DNA of 64,000 nucleotides from Pseudomonadales bacterium. GTDB taxonomy: Bacteria > Pseudomonadota > Gammaproteobacteria > Pseudomonadales > Azotimanducaceae. Below are positions 9,561 through 18,225 of this stretch, one piece after another; position 1 is the first letter of the stretch; every line of letters starts with the position of its first letter. Both the position numbers and the translations under genes were made by a program. The stretch covers positions 1,447,710-1,511,709 of the forward strand of contig OZ242357.1 of assembly GCA_965208815.1 (NCBI GenBank). Direction: 5' to 3'. The notes under the pieces were generated by a model that saw nothing but the letters and a program-made list of their open reading frames with translations, searched no databases and had not been told where the DNA came from.

Positions 9561-10817
9561 CTAGAAAAATACAAACGAGCGAACTACCACGTTCTTCCGG
9601 CAGGGTGCATCTTCAGGTGCGGTGGGATCCACACACGCAGTATGAAAAGACCAACGCGACACGGACCCGTCAGTCACCGAGTCGTAGCACTTAAGCATTG
9701 ATACCTCAGTTGAAGTCTGCTGAGGAAACCAATACCACTCGTGATTCGGGCGATATGTAAAGCGCGTAGTTTCTCCAACTCTATCGTCGTAGACGCGATA
9801 GTTGGTGATGTACGGCTGATCGGCAAAGGATGGCCATGCGCACAGAACAAATGGGTTCTGTCGAACGGTTTCCATGGGCTTCGCTAGATTGATCGACATG
9901 AACCGACGTGACATTTTCTCGTCAGCCTGCTGCTCCGTGTAGTTCTGCACACGTCCAAAGTTCCTCAAGTTTTTCGTGAGTAATTCTCGACAGCGAACCC
10001 TTCCACTGTTGTCATTCAGATCGTTGTGCACGATATATGCATAGTTTCCATTGACCCCTGGATTCTTGTTTGCTTGGTCTTCCCTTCGATCTCCCTTATA
10101 TTCCTTGTCGAAAACATCGTGGTTGTAAACAAGCGCGTCGGTCGCGTCAGGAAAGAAGTCAAGCAGGAGCTGTTCCATTTCAAGATAGAACACTCGCTCT
10201 ACCTCTTCATGGTTGTAGAAATCAACACACTTCGATTCACAGTGACCGAGCGAGACGCCCAACTTATCCATGCACTCGGGACTTGTTGGAGGTAGCCCAG
10301 GGTAGTTCTCCTTCATTCTCCTTGCATCTCTCAAAATCTGAGGAAAATACAGAGACCTTCGTCCATTGTCTCGTTCATTCTTGCGCAATGCCGATGCTTC
10401 AGTTTCTCGGGAAGTATCCCTCCATAGTGCATTTGAAGAGACTATCGAGTATGACGGTTCTTCGTGGATCGTATACCGTAGAGGTACTACGAGTCCTCCC
10501 TCGGGAGCTCTGATACCCTGAGCTTGAATGTACTCGAGACACTCGTCGTAGCCACGAAAGCCATTTCCCCACTTCGTCGTGATGGGTCCTGGCGGCGCAC
10601 TCTCAATCATGTCAATGACCGCCTGCCCTCTTCCTGTAGCAACCAGTGCAAGTGCGTCTTCTGTGGCGGCTGTCGTACCAGCGTCCCCATTGCGTTCGTA
10701 GGACATATACGAGATTCCCCCATTCGCCGCTATAGGCGAGGGTTGTCCTTTTGTTAGCTCGAACGGAGGTACGTAGCTATGCGCTTCCAAAGTATCAGCA
10801 GACTCATACTGTTTCAT
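9561..10817 (-). CDS. CmcJ/NvfI-like putative oxygenase with an N-terminal extension of about 170 aa (tentative)
   Basis: The C-terminal roughly 250 aa have the family-like features VHNDLND, INL..P and a terminal ...VVVRSFVFF. Confidence 0.4.
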   Translation of the reverse strand: MKQYESADTLEAHSYVPPFELTKGQPSPIAANGGISYMSYERNGDAGTTAATEDALALVATGRGQAVIDMIESAPPGPITTKWGNGFRGYDECLEYIQAQGIRAPEGGLVVPLRYTIHEEPSYSIVSSNALWRDTSRETEASALRKNERDNGRRSLYFPQILRDARRMKENYPGLPPTSPECMDKLGVSLGHCESKCVDFYNHEEVERVFYLEMEQLLLDFFPDATDALVYNHDVFDKEYKGDRREDQANKNPGVNGNYAYIVHNDLNDNSGRVRCRELLTKNLRNFGRVQNYTEQQADEKMSRRFMSINLAKPMETVRQNPFVLCAWPSFADQPYITNYRVYDDRVGETTRFTYRPNHEWYWFPQQTSTEVSMLKCYDSVTDGSVSRWSFHTACVDPTAPEDAPCRKNVVVRSFVFF

Positions 10818-11012
10818 GACGCGTTCCTAACCGGCACACAGAAATTATGACATATCGACATGTGGGGAGCAGGCTTGTTGATTGAACGCCCCTTCCTCTA
10901 ATCCGACGAATATAGCGACGAATCGCTCCGATTTGCTACATTCTCGGTGTATTGGGAAATCCTTAAACTATACTTTGCACCTGTAGCACCCACCTGCCGG
11001 CGTTTCCGATCC

Positions 11013-11447
11013 ATGATCCAATCTAGCCTGACTTCGATTCTTAGCTTGTTTCAGTCTGGAGCCCAACAGTCGCAAGATGATGTGTTCAACGAAGCGACGC
11101 TCATGATATTGTCGCGGGCGACAAGTGAAGACTCGAACATTCACAAGGTGGAAGTTCAAACGGTCCAGGATCTTGTCAGAGAGACCACGGGCGAAGAGAT
11201 AACATCTCGCGACGTTAGAGTTGCCGCGAATTCCCGACTCTACGAAGAAGCTCCGCTGGACCGATACCTTGCTTCAGCAAGTCGAGCCCTGTCTTACGAT
11301 CAACGTCTGCAGATTATGAACGCTCTTGTACGAGTCATTAAGTCCGACCAACGAGTCACAAACCGCGAAGTTGCATTCTTCAACAACGTTGCCGGTGCAT
11401 TCCGCATCACTCCTGCCGATGTGCTGGGGCTGCGACCACAAGACTAG
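11013..11447 (+). CDS. TerB-like (tellurite-resistance TerB/DjlA-N family) protein
   Basis: ATG at 11013. Two helical repeats, each ending in acidic or N-x-E motifs (...SEDSNIHKVE..., ...SDQRVTNREV...), as in the TerB fold. Confidence 0.5.
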   Translation: MIQSSLTSILSLFQSGAQQSQDDVFNEATLMILSRATSEDSNIHKVEVQTVQDLVRETTGEEITSRDVRVAANSRLYEEAPLDRYLASASRALSYDQRLQIMNALVRVIKSDQRVTNREVAFFNNVAGAFRITPADVLGLRPQD

Positions 11448-11505
11448 ATCCTTTCGTTCGCGCAACGGACGAAACTCTTGCTAAAACGCTGTAATTCGAG
11501 GAACA

Positions 11506-12594
11506 ATGCGTAGCCTCTCACCCGAGGAATTGCAGTCCTTTGTCAAAGACGGCTATGTCGTGCTTCGAGACATAGTTCCTCGTTCCACTGTCGAATCAGC
11601 ACGAAGGACGTTCTACAAGTCTATCGAGACCTCTCTAACGGAGTCTCAGCGATTGCTCAGTTCTTTAGTCCAAGACTCAGATAATGGAACAAGGAAGGCC
11701 AAGCTGAAAGAGCACGCGACTCTGGCAAGCTCTTGGTTGAGACTCGGTCGCCACCCGGACTACCGCAGTCTTGTTAGCGAGGATGCGGATGTTAGAAAGT
11801 TGGTTGAGCAAGCCATGGGCGAACCGGTTTACGGCTTTCAATTCGCTCAAGTTGCGGCTCGATTTCCAACAGAACCGAGCGAGTATGTAACAGAGTCCGG
11901 CTATCGTGACAAAGACATACCTTTCTATGGCTGGCACGGACATTTGGACGGACTGTGGAATGGCTCTCAATCTCCGCATCAGGATCTCACCAGATCTATG
12001 TCGAAGGAAGAGTGGGAACAATGGAACCAGGAAAAAGGACGTAACGGGGTTCAACGTACGTATCCGGGCACCGGGGCGAATATGACCAACTTTACCGCGT
12101 TGCTTGGTATTCCCCTTTCCGATCAATCCAAGGAAGGAACTGGAAATCTAGGTTTGTTAAAAGGCGCACATCACCCAATCTCTCGATTCTTTCGGTATCA
12201 ACGCAGTCAGGGAGGACCATTGGGTCCCGATGGCCCAGGTTGGCAGAGATTGCACCGAGAAGCACCCAATGGAAGTGGATTGAGACACTACCCAGAGCAA
12301 GTTCGAGAGCAATTTGAGGACGAGGCAGAATATACAAGCGATGGTCGTATGTGGCCAAAACCGACGTTGATTAAGCTTTCTCTTGGTGATGCAATTCTGG
12401 TGTTGCACGCTGTACCTCACAGCGCGAGCCGATGCGAAGGAAACGAGCCGAGAATAATGGCTTACTATCGTTTGACTTCTCTCGATCGTCCTGATAATGC
12501 ACGAGCAAGCTATATAGAAGGACTATGCGATTGTTGGCACGAATGGAGAGGAATACGAGACTCAGTCAATGAAATCCTTGCTACACCGTCGTAA
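11506..12594 (+). CDS. PhyH-like dioxygenase superfamily protein (divergent)
   Basis: The N-terminus LSPEELQSFVKDGYVVLRDIVP is typical of PhyH. There is a C-terminal LHAVPHSAS His motif. Confidence 0.45.
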   Translation: MRSLSPEELQSFVKDGYVVLRDIVPRSTVESARRTFYKSIETSLTESQRLLSSLVQDSDNGTRKAKLKEHATLASSWLRLGRHPDYRSLVSEDADVRKLVEQAMGEPVYGFQFAQVAARFPTEPSEYVTESGYRDKDIPFYGWHGHLDGLWNGSQSPHQDLTRSMSKEEWEQWNQEKGRNGVQRTYPGTGANMTNFTALLGIPLSDQSKEGTGNLGLLKGAHHPISRFFRYQRSQGGPLGPDGPGWQRLHREAPNGSGLRHYPEQVREQFEDEAEYTSDGRMWPKPTLIKLSLGDAILVLHAVPHSASRCEGNEPRIMAYYRLTSLDRPDNARASYIEGLCDCWHEWRGIRDSVNEILATPS

Positions 12595-12681
12595 CATTCA
12601 CGATACTCGGACAAATTTCAGCAATGCACAACCAATGAAAGAGCCAATTAATACCAACAATCTTGCACTAGGGAGGTCTTG

Positions 12682-13887
12682 ATGGATCTGGAATACAGTG
12701 CCGAATATGAGCAATATCGGCAGGACTTAAGGAAGTTCTTAGACGAGAACAAACACCGTTCTCCAGGGATGGTTGGTACTGCATTCACAGGCGAAGAACG
12801 TGAGAAGATCGCTCGGGACTGGCAGGCATTACTCATCGAAAACGGCTATGCCGCAAGAACGATTCCAAAGGAATACGGTGGTGCTGGACAGGAACCCGAT
12901 CCTCTAAAGGCTCACATCATCGCAGAAGAGTTCGCTCGCTATCGTGTTCGTCCGGGACATTCTGGCGACAACCGATTAGTACCAACGGTGCTGGATCTAG
13001 GAACAGAAGAACAAAAACGGTGGCTCGTACCCCCGACACTGAGGGGAGAAATGACTTGGTGTCAGGGTTATTCGGAACCACAAAGCGGATCCGACTTGGC
13101 TTCACTATCAACTCGAGCACATGTAGATGGCGACGACTTTGTAATTAACGGACAAAAGATTTGGACTTCAGGAGCTCAACGAGCCGACATGATTTTTTGC
13201 CTTGTTCGAACTGAACCCGAAGCTCCTAAACATCAAGGCATTAGCTACCTCGTGTTTTCCATGAAGACCCCGGGGATCGAAGTTCGTCCACTCGTGACGA
13301 TGACGGGAGAGGCAACATTCAATGAGGTTTTCTTCACCGATGTAAGAGTACCGACGACACAGATCATTGGCAAACGCGGTGAAGGATGGTTCGTTGCAAA
13401 CAACACACTAAAGTACGAACGTGAAGGACTAGGCGATCCCAATCAAGCAGAGAGTAGACTGAGAGAAGTTGTCGCGATCTTGGAACGCGAAACCGTAGAC
13501 GGCCAAAGAATTATGGACAATCCCGTCTATCGCGACAGACTGTTACGGCTTCAAGGTCAAGTACTTGCTATGAAGTACAACAGCATGCGCATCTTGACCA
13601 GTCGGAGCAAAGGTGAGGAACCGGGACTACCTCGATGGATTGTGAAGCTTCAAGGTTGTGAGCTCAATCACCAATTGGCCGGGCTTGTAATCGACGCGCT
13701 TGGAGAACTGGGAACGTTGTACTACAACTCTCCGCTCTTGAGAGACAGAGGTATGTGGCAACAACGCTACATGATGGATCTTGGTTTGATCATTGGCGGT
13801 GGAACGGCGCAAATCCAGAAGAACATCATCGGTGAGCGTGCACTGGGTCTACCCAAAGAACCCAAGTACGCCGAAGTGTCGAGTTAA
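12682..13887 (+). CDS. Acyl-CoA dehydrogenase
   Basis: gggagg lies 5 nt upstream of the ATG. ACAD N, middle and C-terminal domain signatures are present (WCQGYSEPQSGSD, GGGTAQIQKNIIGE). Confidence 0.85.
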   Translation: MDLEYSAEYEQYRQDLRKFLDENKHRSPGMVGTAFTGEEREKIARDWQALLIENGYAARTIPKEYGGAGQEPDPLKAHIIAEEFARYRVRPGHSGDNRLVPTVLDLGTEEQKRWLVPPTLRGEMTWCQGYSEPQSGSDLASLSTRAHVDGDDFVINGQKIWTSGAQRADMIFCLVRTEPEAPKHQGISYLVFSMKTPGIEVRPLVTMTGEATFNEVFFTDVRVPTTQIIGKRGEGWFVANNTLKYEREGLGDPNQAESRLREVVAILERETVDGQRIMDNPVYRDRLLRLQGQVLAMKYNSMRILTSRSKGEEPGLPRWIVKLQGCELNHQLAGLVIDALGELGTLYYNSPLLRDRGMWQQRYMMDLGLIIGGGTAQIQKNIIGERALGLPKEPKYAEVSS

Positions 13888-13891
13888 TCAT

Positions 13892-14971
13892 ATGGACTTT
13901 GCATTAAGCGAAGAACAGCAATTTCTTCAATCAACCGTCTCGGACTATCTCGCTGCCAATTGCACATTAGATCGAGTTCGGGATTGTGTAAAGGACTTTC
14001 AAACAACCGATCCTAATCTAACCGAAGGTCTGGTTGCGTTGGGAGTACCGGGCGTCGTTATTCCCGAAGAATTTGGGGGAACCGAACTAGGCTATTTGGA
14101 AGCAGCACTCATTGCTGAAGCTCTCGGTGGATCTATTGCTCCATTTCCGTTCATCGGAACGAGCGTTATTGCTCCCTATCTCATTACTCATGCTGGAAGT
14201 GATGAACAACGTGCATCTCTTCTGCCCAAGATCACAACGGGTGAGATCCAATTCGGAATCGCTTTTACCGAAAGTATTGGAAGGCGAGTGACAAATCCTA
14301 CCCAAGCAAATGATGGTCGATTGTCAGGTGAACAAACATTTGTTATTGATGGAAGCGATTGCGAACTGATATTGATTTCTACCGAAGGTGGTGAGGTCTT
14401 TGTAGTCGAATCTCCTGCAGTCGAACGAGAAGAACTGAAGTCCATCGATCGGACTCGTTCACTGACTAGAGTGAAGCTTGACAACACACCGTGTGAAGTA
14501 TTGCCAGGAACGGTTGATGATCCAACGCTGCTCTCGCACGCCCTAGACATAGGTCGAATTATGATCGCCGCTGATACGTTGGGGGCAGCACAAATCATGC
14601 TTGACAAGTCTGTGGAGTACGCCGGAGAGAGAAAGCAATTCAATCGAGTAATCGGCTCATTTCAAGCTGTCAAACACATGTGTGCGGAGATGGCAGCGGA
14701 ACTGGAACCATGTCGCTCCTTAGTTTGGTATGCCGCACACTCTGTTTTGGCGATTCCCTCTGAGACTCACCTCGTTGCCTGCCATGCAAAAGCACATCTT
14801 GCAGAGGTTGGTCAGTTTGTCGCTCGCAAATCCACTGAAGTCCACGGAGGTATGGGTTTCACCGACTTGTTGGGGCTTCACTATTGGTTCAAACGCATTG
14901 GCTTGAATCGGCAACTCCTAGGTACACCCGACCAAGTGCGTGAGGAAGCCGCACAAGCGCAAGGCTGGTAA
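13892..14971 (+). CDS. Acyl-CoA dehydrogenase (second subunit or paralog)
   Basis: ATG at 13892, 4 nt after the upstream stop. ...FGGSIGSFQAVKH...HGGMGFT... are ACAD C-terminal motifs. Confidence 0.85.
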   Translation: MDFALSEEQQFLQSTVSDYLAANCTLDRVRDCVKDFQTTDPNLTEGLVALGVPGVVIPEEFGGTELGYLEAALIAEALGGSIAPFPFIGTSVIAPYLITHAGSDEQRASLLPKITTGEIQFGIAFTESIGRRVTNPTQANDGRLSGEQTFVIDGSDCELILISTEGGEVFVVESPAVEREELKSIDRTRSLTRVKLDNTPCEVLPGTVDDPTLLSHALDIGRIMIAADTLGAAQIMLDKSVEYAGERKQFNRVIGSFQAVKHMCAEMAAELEPCRSLVWYAAHSVLAIPSETHLVACHAKAHLAEVGQFVARKSTEVHGGMGFTDLLGLHYWFKRIGLNRQLLGTPDQVREEAAQAQGW

Positions 14972-14977
14972 CCAAGG

Positions 14978-15787
14978 CTACGCCGCTGTCTGACCCCAAT
15001 CCATTGCATTCTCAACGATCTTAAGGAAATGATCGTTCGACCACGGCCCTCTAAAGGTTGTGGGAGTCGTTCCGTCCTCGTTTACGCTGGAATCTACAAA
15101 CGGTTGCATGTTCGTTGAAGGAGAGTGTGTATGACCGAGCGCGACATAGCAAACCGCCCCTTTTCCAACCAGTCTCTCCGTGCCTAGGAAACGTGTCTTG
15201 CCGTCAGATTGGATAGATGTGTCTTCGGTGTAGTGAAAACCAAAACCAGGCGGAGATGGATCTTCAACAAGTTCAGTGGAAAGCAATGGGTTGTCCACGC
15301 CTATTGGTTCAACAAGGTAGAGTTCATCTTCCACTTCAAATTCCGAAGGTAATCCGCGAAACAGGGCGTGTTCGCCAACCTCGACTCTTACCTTAAAGCG
15401 ACGAACCGGTGGGTGGTTTAGGAAATAAGCTCCCAGCAAGTCGTGGTGCGGCAATCGAACCATCTCCCGGCGATTGCTTGCGTCACTCAAGCGTTTTGCG
15501 CGACCGCCGCTCGTGCCGTGTAGTGCAAACCACTTGCCACCATCACTGAGCCATTGCTCTAGGAGTCGAGTTTGGTCGTCGTTTGGATAAGGTCCCGCAA
15601 CATAGGAAACTAGAAAATCTGCGGATTGAAGACGTTCGTCCAGGGACGAAAAGTCTTGCGCGACCGTAGTGTGGAATCTATGACGGTAGAGCATCTGCAA
15701 CAGTTGAATCCGTACAAAGTCCATATCGTGCCCTGCATTGGATCCGATTGGGAATCCACCTACGACTAAGTGTGCTCGTCCGCTCAA
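14978..15787 (-). CDS. ThuA-like / class-I glutamine-amidotransferase-fold protein (tentative)
   Basis: 269-aa ORF with a TTG start. LVVGG...H..., FALHGTSGG and VALGH segments resemble ThuA-domain proteins. Confidence 0.35.
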   Translation of the reverse strand: MSGRAHLVVGGFPIGSNAGHDMDFVRIQLLQMLYRHRFHTTVAQDFSSLDERLQSADFLVSYVAGPYPNDDQTRLLEQWLSDGGKWFALHGTSGGRAKRLSDASNRREMVRLPHHDLLGAYFLNHPPVRRFKVRVEVGEHALFRGLPSEFEVEDELYLVEPIGVDNPLLSTELVEDPSPPGFGFHYTEDTSIQSDGKTRFLGTERLVGKGAVCYVALGHTHSPSTNMQPFVDSSVNEDGTTPTTFRGPWSNDHFLKIVENAMDWGQTAA

Positions 15788-15835
15788 AATGCTTACCTCA
15801 AATCTAGGTGGAACGATGGTACTCGAATGCTTGTC

Positions 15836-16177
15836 CTAGAACTGAAACTCAGGAACCTCAACGTACAGGCCATCCAGTTCTTCAGTGACTGGAATTTGAC
15901 ACGACAAACGCGATGTTGGAGTGATTTCGGGGTTCATCCCAAGCATCGCTTCCTCATCGCTACTCGGCTCACCGAGTCTGTCATACCAATCGTCCGGCAG
16001 GATTACGTGGCAAGTGGCACATGAACACTCACCACCGCAGTCGGCGTCGATGCCGGGTATGCCGTTGTCAATGATGTTTTTCATTAAGGACAGTCCAACT
16101 TCGCCTTCGATTTCGTGCTTGGTACCGTCAAAAGAAACGACTGTGATCTGTGGGCCGGGCTTACTGCTGGTGTTCAT
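15836..16177 (-). CDS. [2Fe-2S] ferredoxin, adrenodoxin/putidaredoxin type
   Basis: CGGECSCATCH plus a distal SRLSC cysteine pattern. I chose the ATG at 16177 (a TTG at 16195 is possible). Confidence 0.85.
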   Translation of the reverse strand: MNTSSKPGPQITVVSFDGTKHEIEGEVGLSLMKNIIDNGIPGIDADCGGECSCATCHVILPDDWYDRLGEPSSDEEAMLGMNPEITPTSRLSCQIPVTEELDGLYVEVPEFQF

Positions 16178-16281
16178 GTTTGTAGGCAGACTCAATTAGA
16201 AATTCATTTGACGTAGTGATGTTTGATGATTACGCACACAATCTCTCGAAAACTGTCCGATTGATTACAATTATGACGCAT

Positions 16282-16357
16282 TCCACCTTAGCTCAGTTGG
16301 TAGAGCAGCTGACTGTTAATCAGCGGGTCGCTGGTTCGAGCCCAGCAGGTGGAGCCA
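16282..16357 (+). tRNA. tRNA-Asn (anticodon GTT) with encoded CCA
   Basis: Hand-folded cloverleaf: acceptor TCCACCT/AGGTGGA, D-arm GCTC..GAGC, anticodon stem GCTGA/TCAGC with loop CTGTTAA, T-arm GCTGG-TTCGAGC-CCAGC, then GCCA. Confidence 0.95.
16312..16357 (+). repeat. attL: 46-bp core (tRNA-Asn from the anticodon loop to CCA)
   Basis: Exact 46/46 match to 37822-37867, with mismatches immediately outside both ends. Confidence 0.85.
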
Positions 16358-16400
16358 GTTTTTACTGGGACTTCAGAAATTAGCATTCTCGCCAAATCAC

Positions 16401-16430
16401 TCTTGTCTCCAGTTTGTCACCAAATCGACA
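16401..16430 (+). promoter_or_regulatory. Tandem TTGTC(T/A)CC motifs (11-bp spacing); candidate integrase arm-type site near attL
   Basis: tcttgtctccagtttgtcaccaaatcgaca matches 36271-36300 at 24 of 30 positions, in the same orientation. Confidence 0.35.
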
Positions 16431-16972
16431 GCAATTCGCCAAACGCGCCTAATTCGAGGAACCTGCAAGAATGACGAAATTTCAACACTGAATTTCAAGA
16501 TCTGATCAATACAAAGGCAGGTCAATCTGCACAGGAATGTCATCCAGTCTTGCCACAGACCAAACTATAGGGGGCACACGCTTCAATGCGGTTCGAAACT
16601 CCTGTCTGTTCTCTACATCCATTGCGTTGATCACATGAGCGGTACTAACTCATGGAATTCTGGTTTTTTGGTTTCGAACATAGCTGTTTTGAACTAGTAA
16701 ATTTGGATTTTCTGGACGGGATTGCAATCCCACCGTGCAACTATAGTTGGCGCGCTTACTTGCACCGTTGCAACCTGCAAACGGCGCGGGCAGATTGCGG
16801 TCAGTAAAGATCTTAGTCGCGAGGCCTAGTCTTGGGAGATACGCTGTGGAAAACCTTTGCCCTGTCCGTGTCGCCAGTCCAAGGCCGGCAAACAGGGGCA
16901 TCTCGAAGCCGCGGACTGCGTTGTGCTTAATGGACTGTTTTTTTGCAAGCCCTTGGAAATTTTTTTGAAGAA

Positions 16973-18214
16973 CTATGGCGACTCTGGTGTAGCTGGCTGC
17001 ACACTGGACCAAATGGTCAGTCGTAGTTCGTTGTCGAATAGTTCATATATGGGTCGTCTTCCTGAATGCGTTTCGCTTGCTACAAGTATGTGACGAACTC
17101 CCTCGCCTCGCGATTCCAAAAAGGCGTTTCCAGTACGACGACTACTCATAGCCGAAAGAAATCGAACTAGGAGTTGATTTCTCGTGAAGACTCGATAGGG
17201 CATTGTGTTAACGGTGATGGTGTTTGGTAGGGCTCCGGGGCTATAAATCTCTAGTCGATCAGAGAAGAGGAAGAGGCGTATTTTCGCACCTGACATTGAA
17301 TAGTCACGATGAGCAACTGCGTTGACAATGGCTTCGTGTATCGCGTCCAGATCAAATTGCGGGTAATCCTTACGTCCCCGGTGCTTTAGCGCTGGCCTGA
17401 GCATGAAGCGGTCCACAAATGCAGAAGCATCATCGATCTGAGCATCTACAGTGCCATTGATTTCTTGACTGTGAACCAATTCATTCGAGTACAGACGATG
17501 TCCTCGGTATACCGCAGCCGAGATGAGCGCAGATTCCATGTACTTTTGTGGCTGCTTGCCAAACGCAAGAAGTCCTGAGACTGTTGGTCGTACTAGGTTA
17601 CTCTCATCTTGAGCCAACACTCGAGTATTCAACAACAGGTCGGTCCAAGGAATTGCCCCTCGTCCGTAACTGAAGAACGACTTCATGAACTCGTGGTCGA
17701 GATCGTCAGCGGTCGCGCCAGGCACCCATTGTTCGTCGAAAACGAATGCGCGACCGCGCTCTTGAAATAATCGCGCTAACATCGCACCAGCCAGCACCTG
17801 CTTGGAGTCTCCCACTCTTTCGTAGTGCAGACCATTGCGAGTACTGTGGACGTACAGACCCCGAGGAATTTCGACAAGCATTACAAGTTCGTTTGTGCCA
17901 GTCTTGCTAGTTAGTTTTTCTCGCCTGACAAGCGGGGTGATAGGTGGATCGCAGTTGTTTCTTGCAATGTTTACGATCCACTGTTCTACATGTGAAGCAT
18001 GTTCAAAGGGGATTCCTTGCACAATTCCAGAATTGTCCACCCCGAGAAACAGAACGCCTCCACTGGAGTTTGCGAACGCCACCATTTCACCAGCCATCGG
18101 ATCGGGTTTTGGAGAGCTTACGCGACCCTTCTCAAACTCGAGAGTCTTGAATTCCGCACGTGCATCCTCACGGTTCTCAAGTTGCCTTAGGACTTCTTCC
18201 TGCGTGTCAAACAT
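16973..18214 (-). CDS. AlbA_2 (Schlafen-like) + HATPase_c_4-like domain protein ('RecG-like' putative DNA-binding/ATP-binding protein)
   Basis: N-terminal ...EFK...VAFANSSGGVLFLGVDNSGIVQGI (AlbA_2 signature). The C-terminal half has HEAIVNAVAHRDYS...LEIYSPGALP (HATPase_c_4-like). Confidence 0.65.
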   Translation of the reverse strand: MFDTQEEVLRQLENREDARAEFKTLEFEKGRVSSPKPDPMAGEMVAFANSSGGVLFLGVDNSGIVQGIPFEHASHVEQWIVNIARNNCDPPITPLVRREKLTSKTGTNELVMLVEIPRGLYVHSTRNGLHYERVGDSKQVLAGAMLARLFQERGRAFVFDEQWVPGATADDLDHEFMKSFFSYGRGAIPWTDLLLNTRVLAQDESNLVRPTVSGLLAFGKQPQKYMESALISAAVYRGHRLYSNELVHSQEINGTVDAQIDDASAFVDRFMLRPALKHRGRKDYPQFDLDAIHEAIVNAVAHRDYSMSGAKIRLFLFSDRLEIYSPGALPNTITVNTMPYRVFTRNQLLVRFLSAMSSRRTGNAFLESRGEGVRHILVASETHSGRRPIYELFDNELRLTIWSSVQPATPESP

Positions 18215-18225
18215 TGTGCAACAAG

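Noticed and set aside
16650-17012. A 120-aa ORF between attL and the AlbA_2 gene.
   Set aside because: It overlaps the 3' end of 16973-18214, has no recognisable motifs, and lies in the att-proximal arm region.
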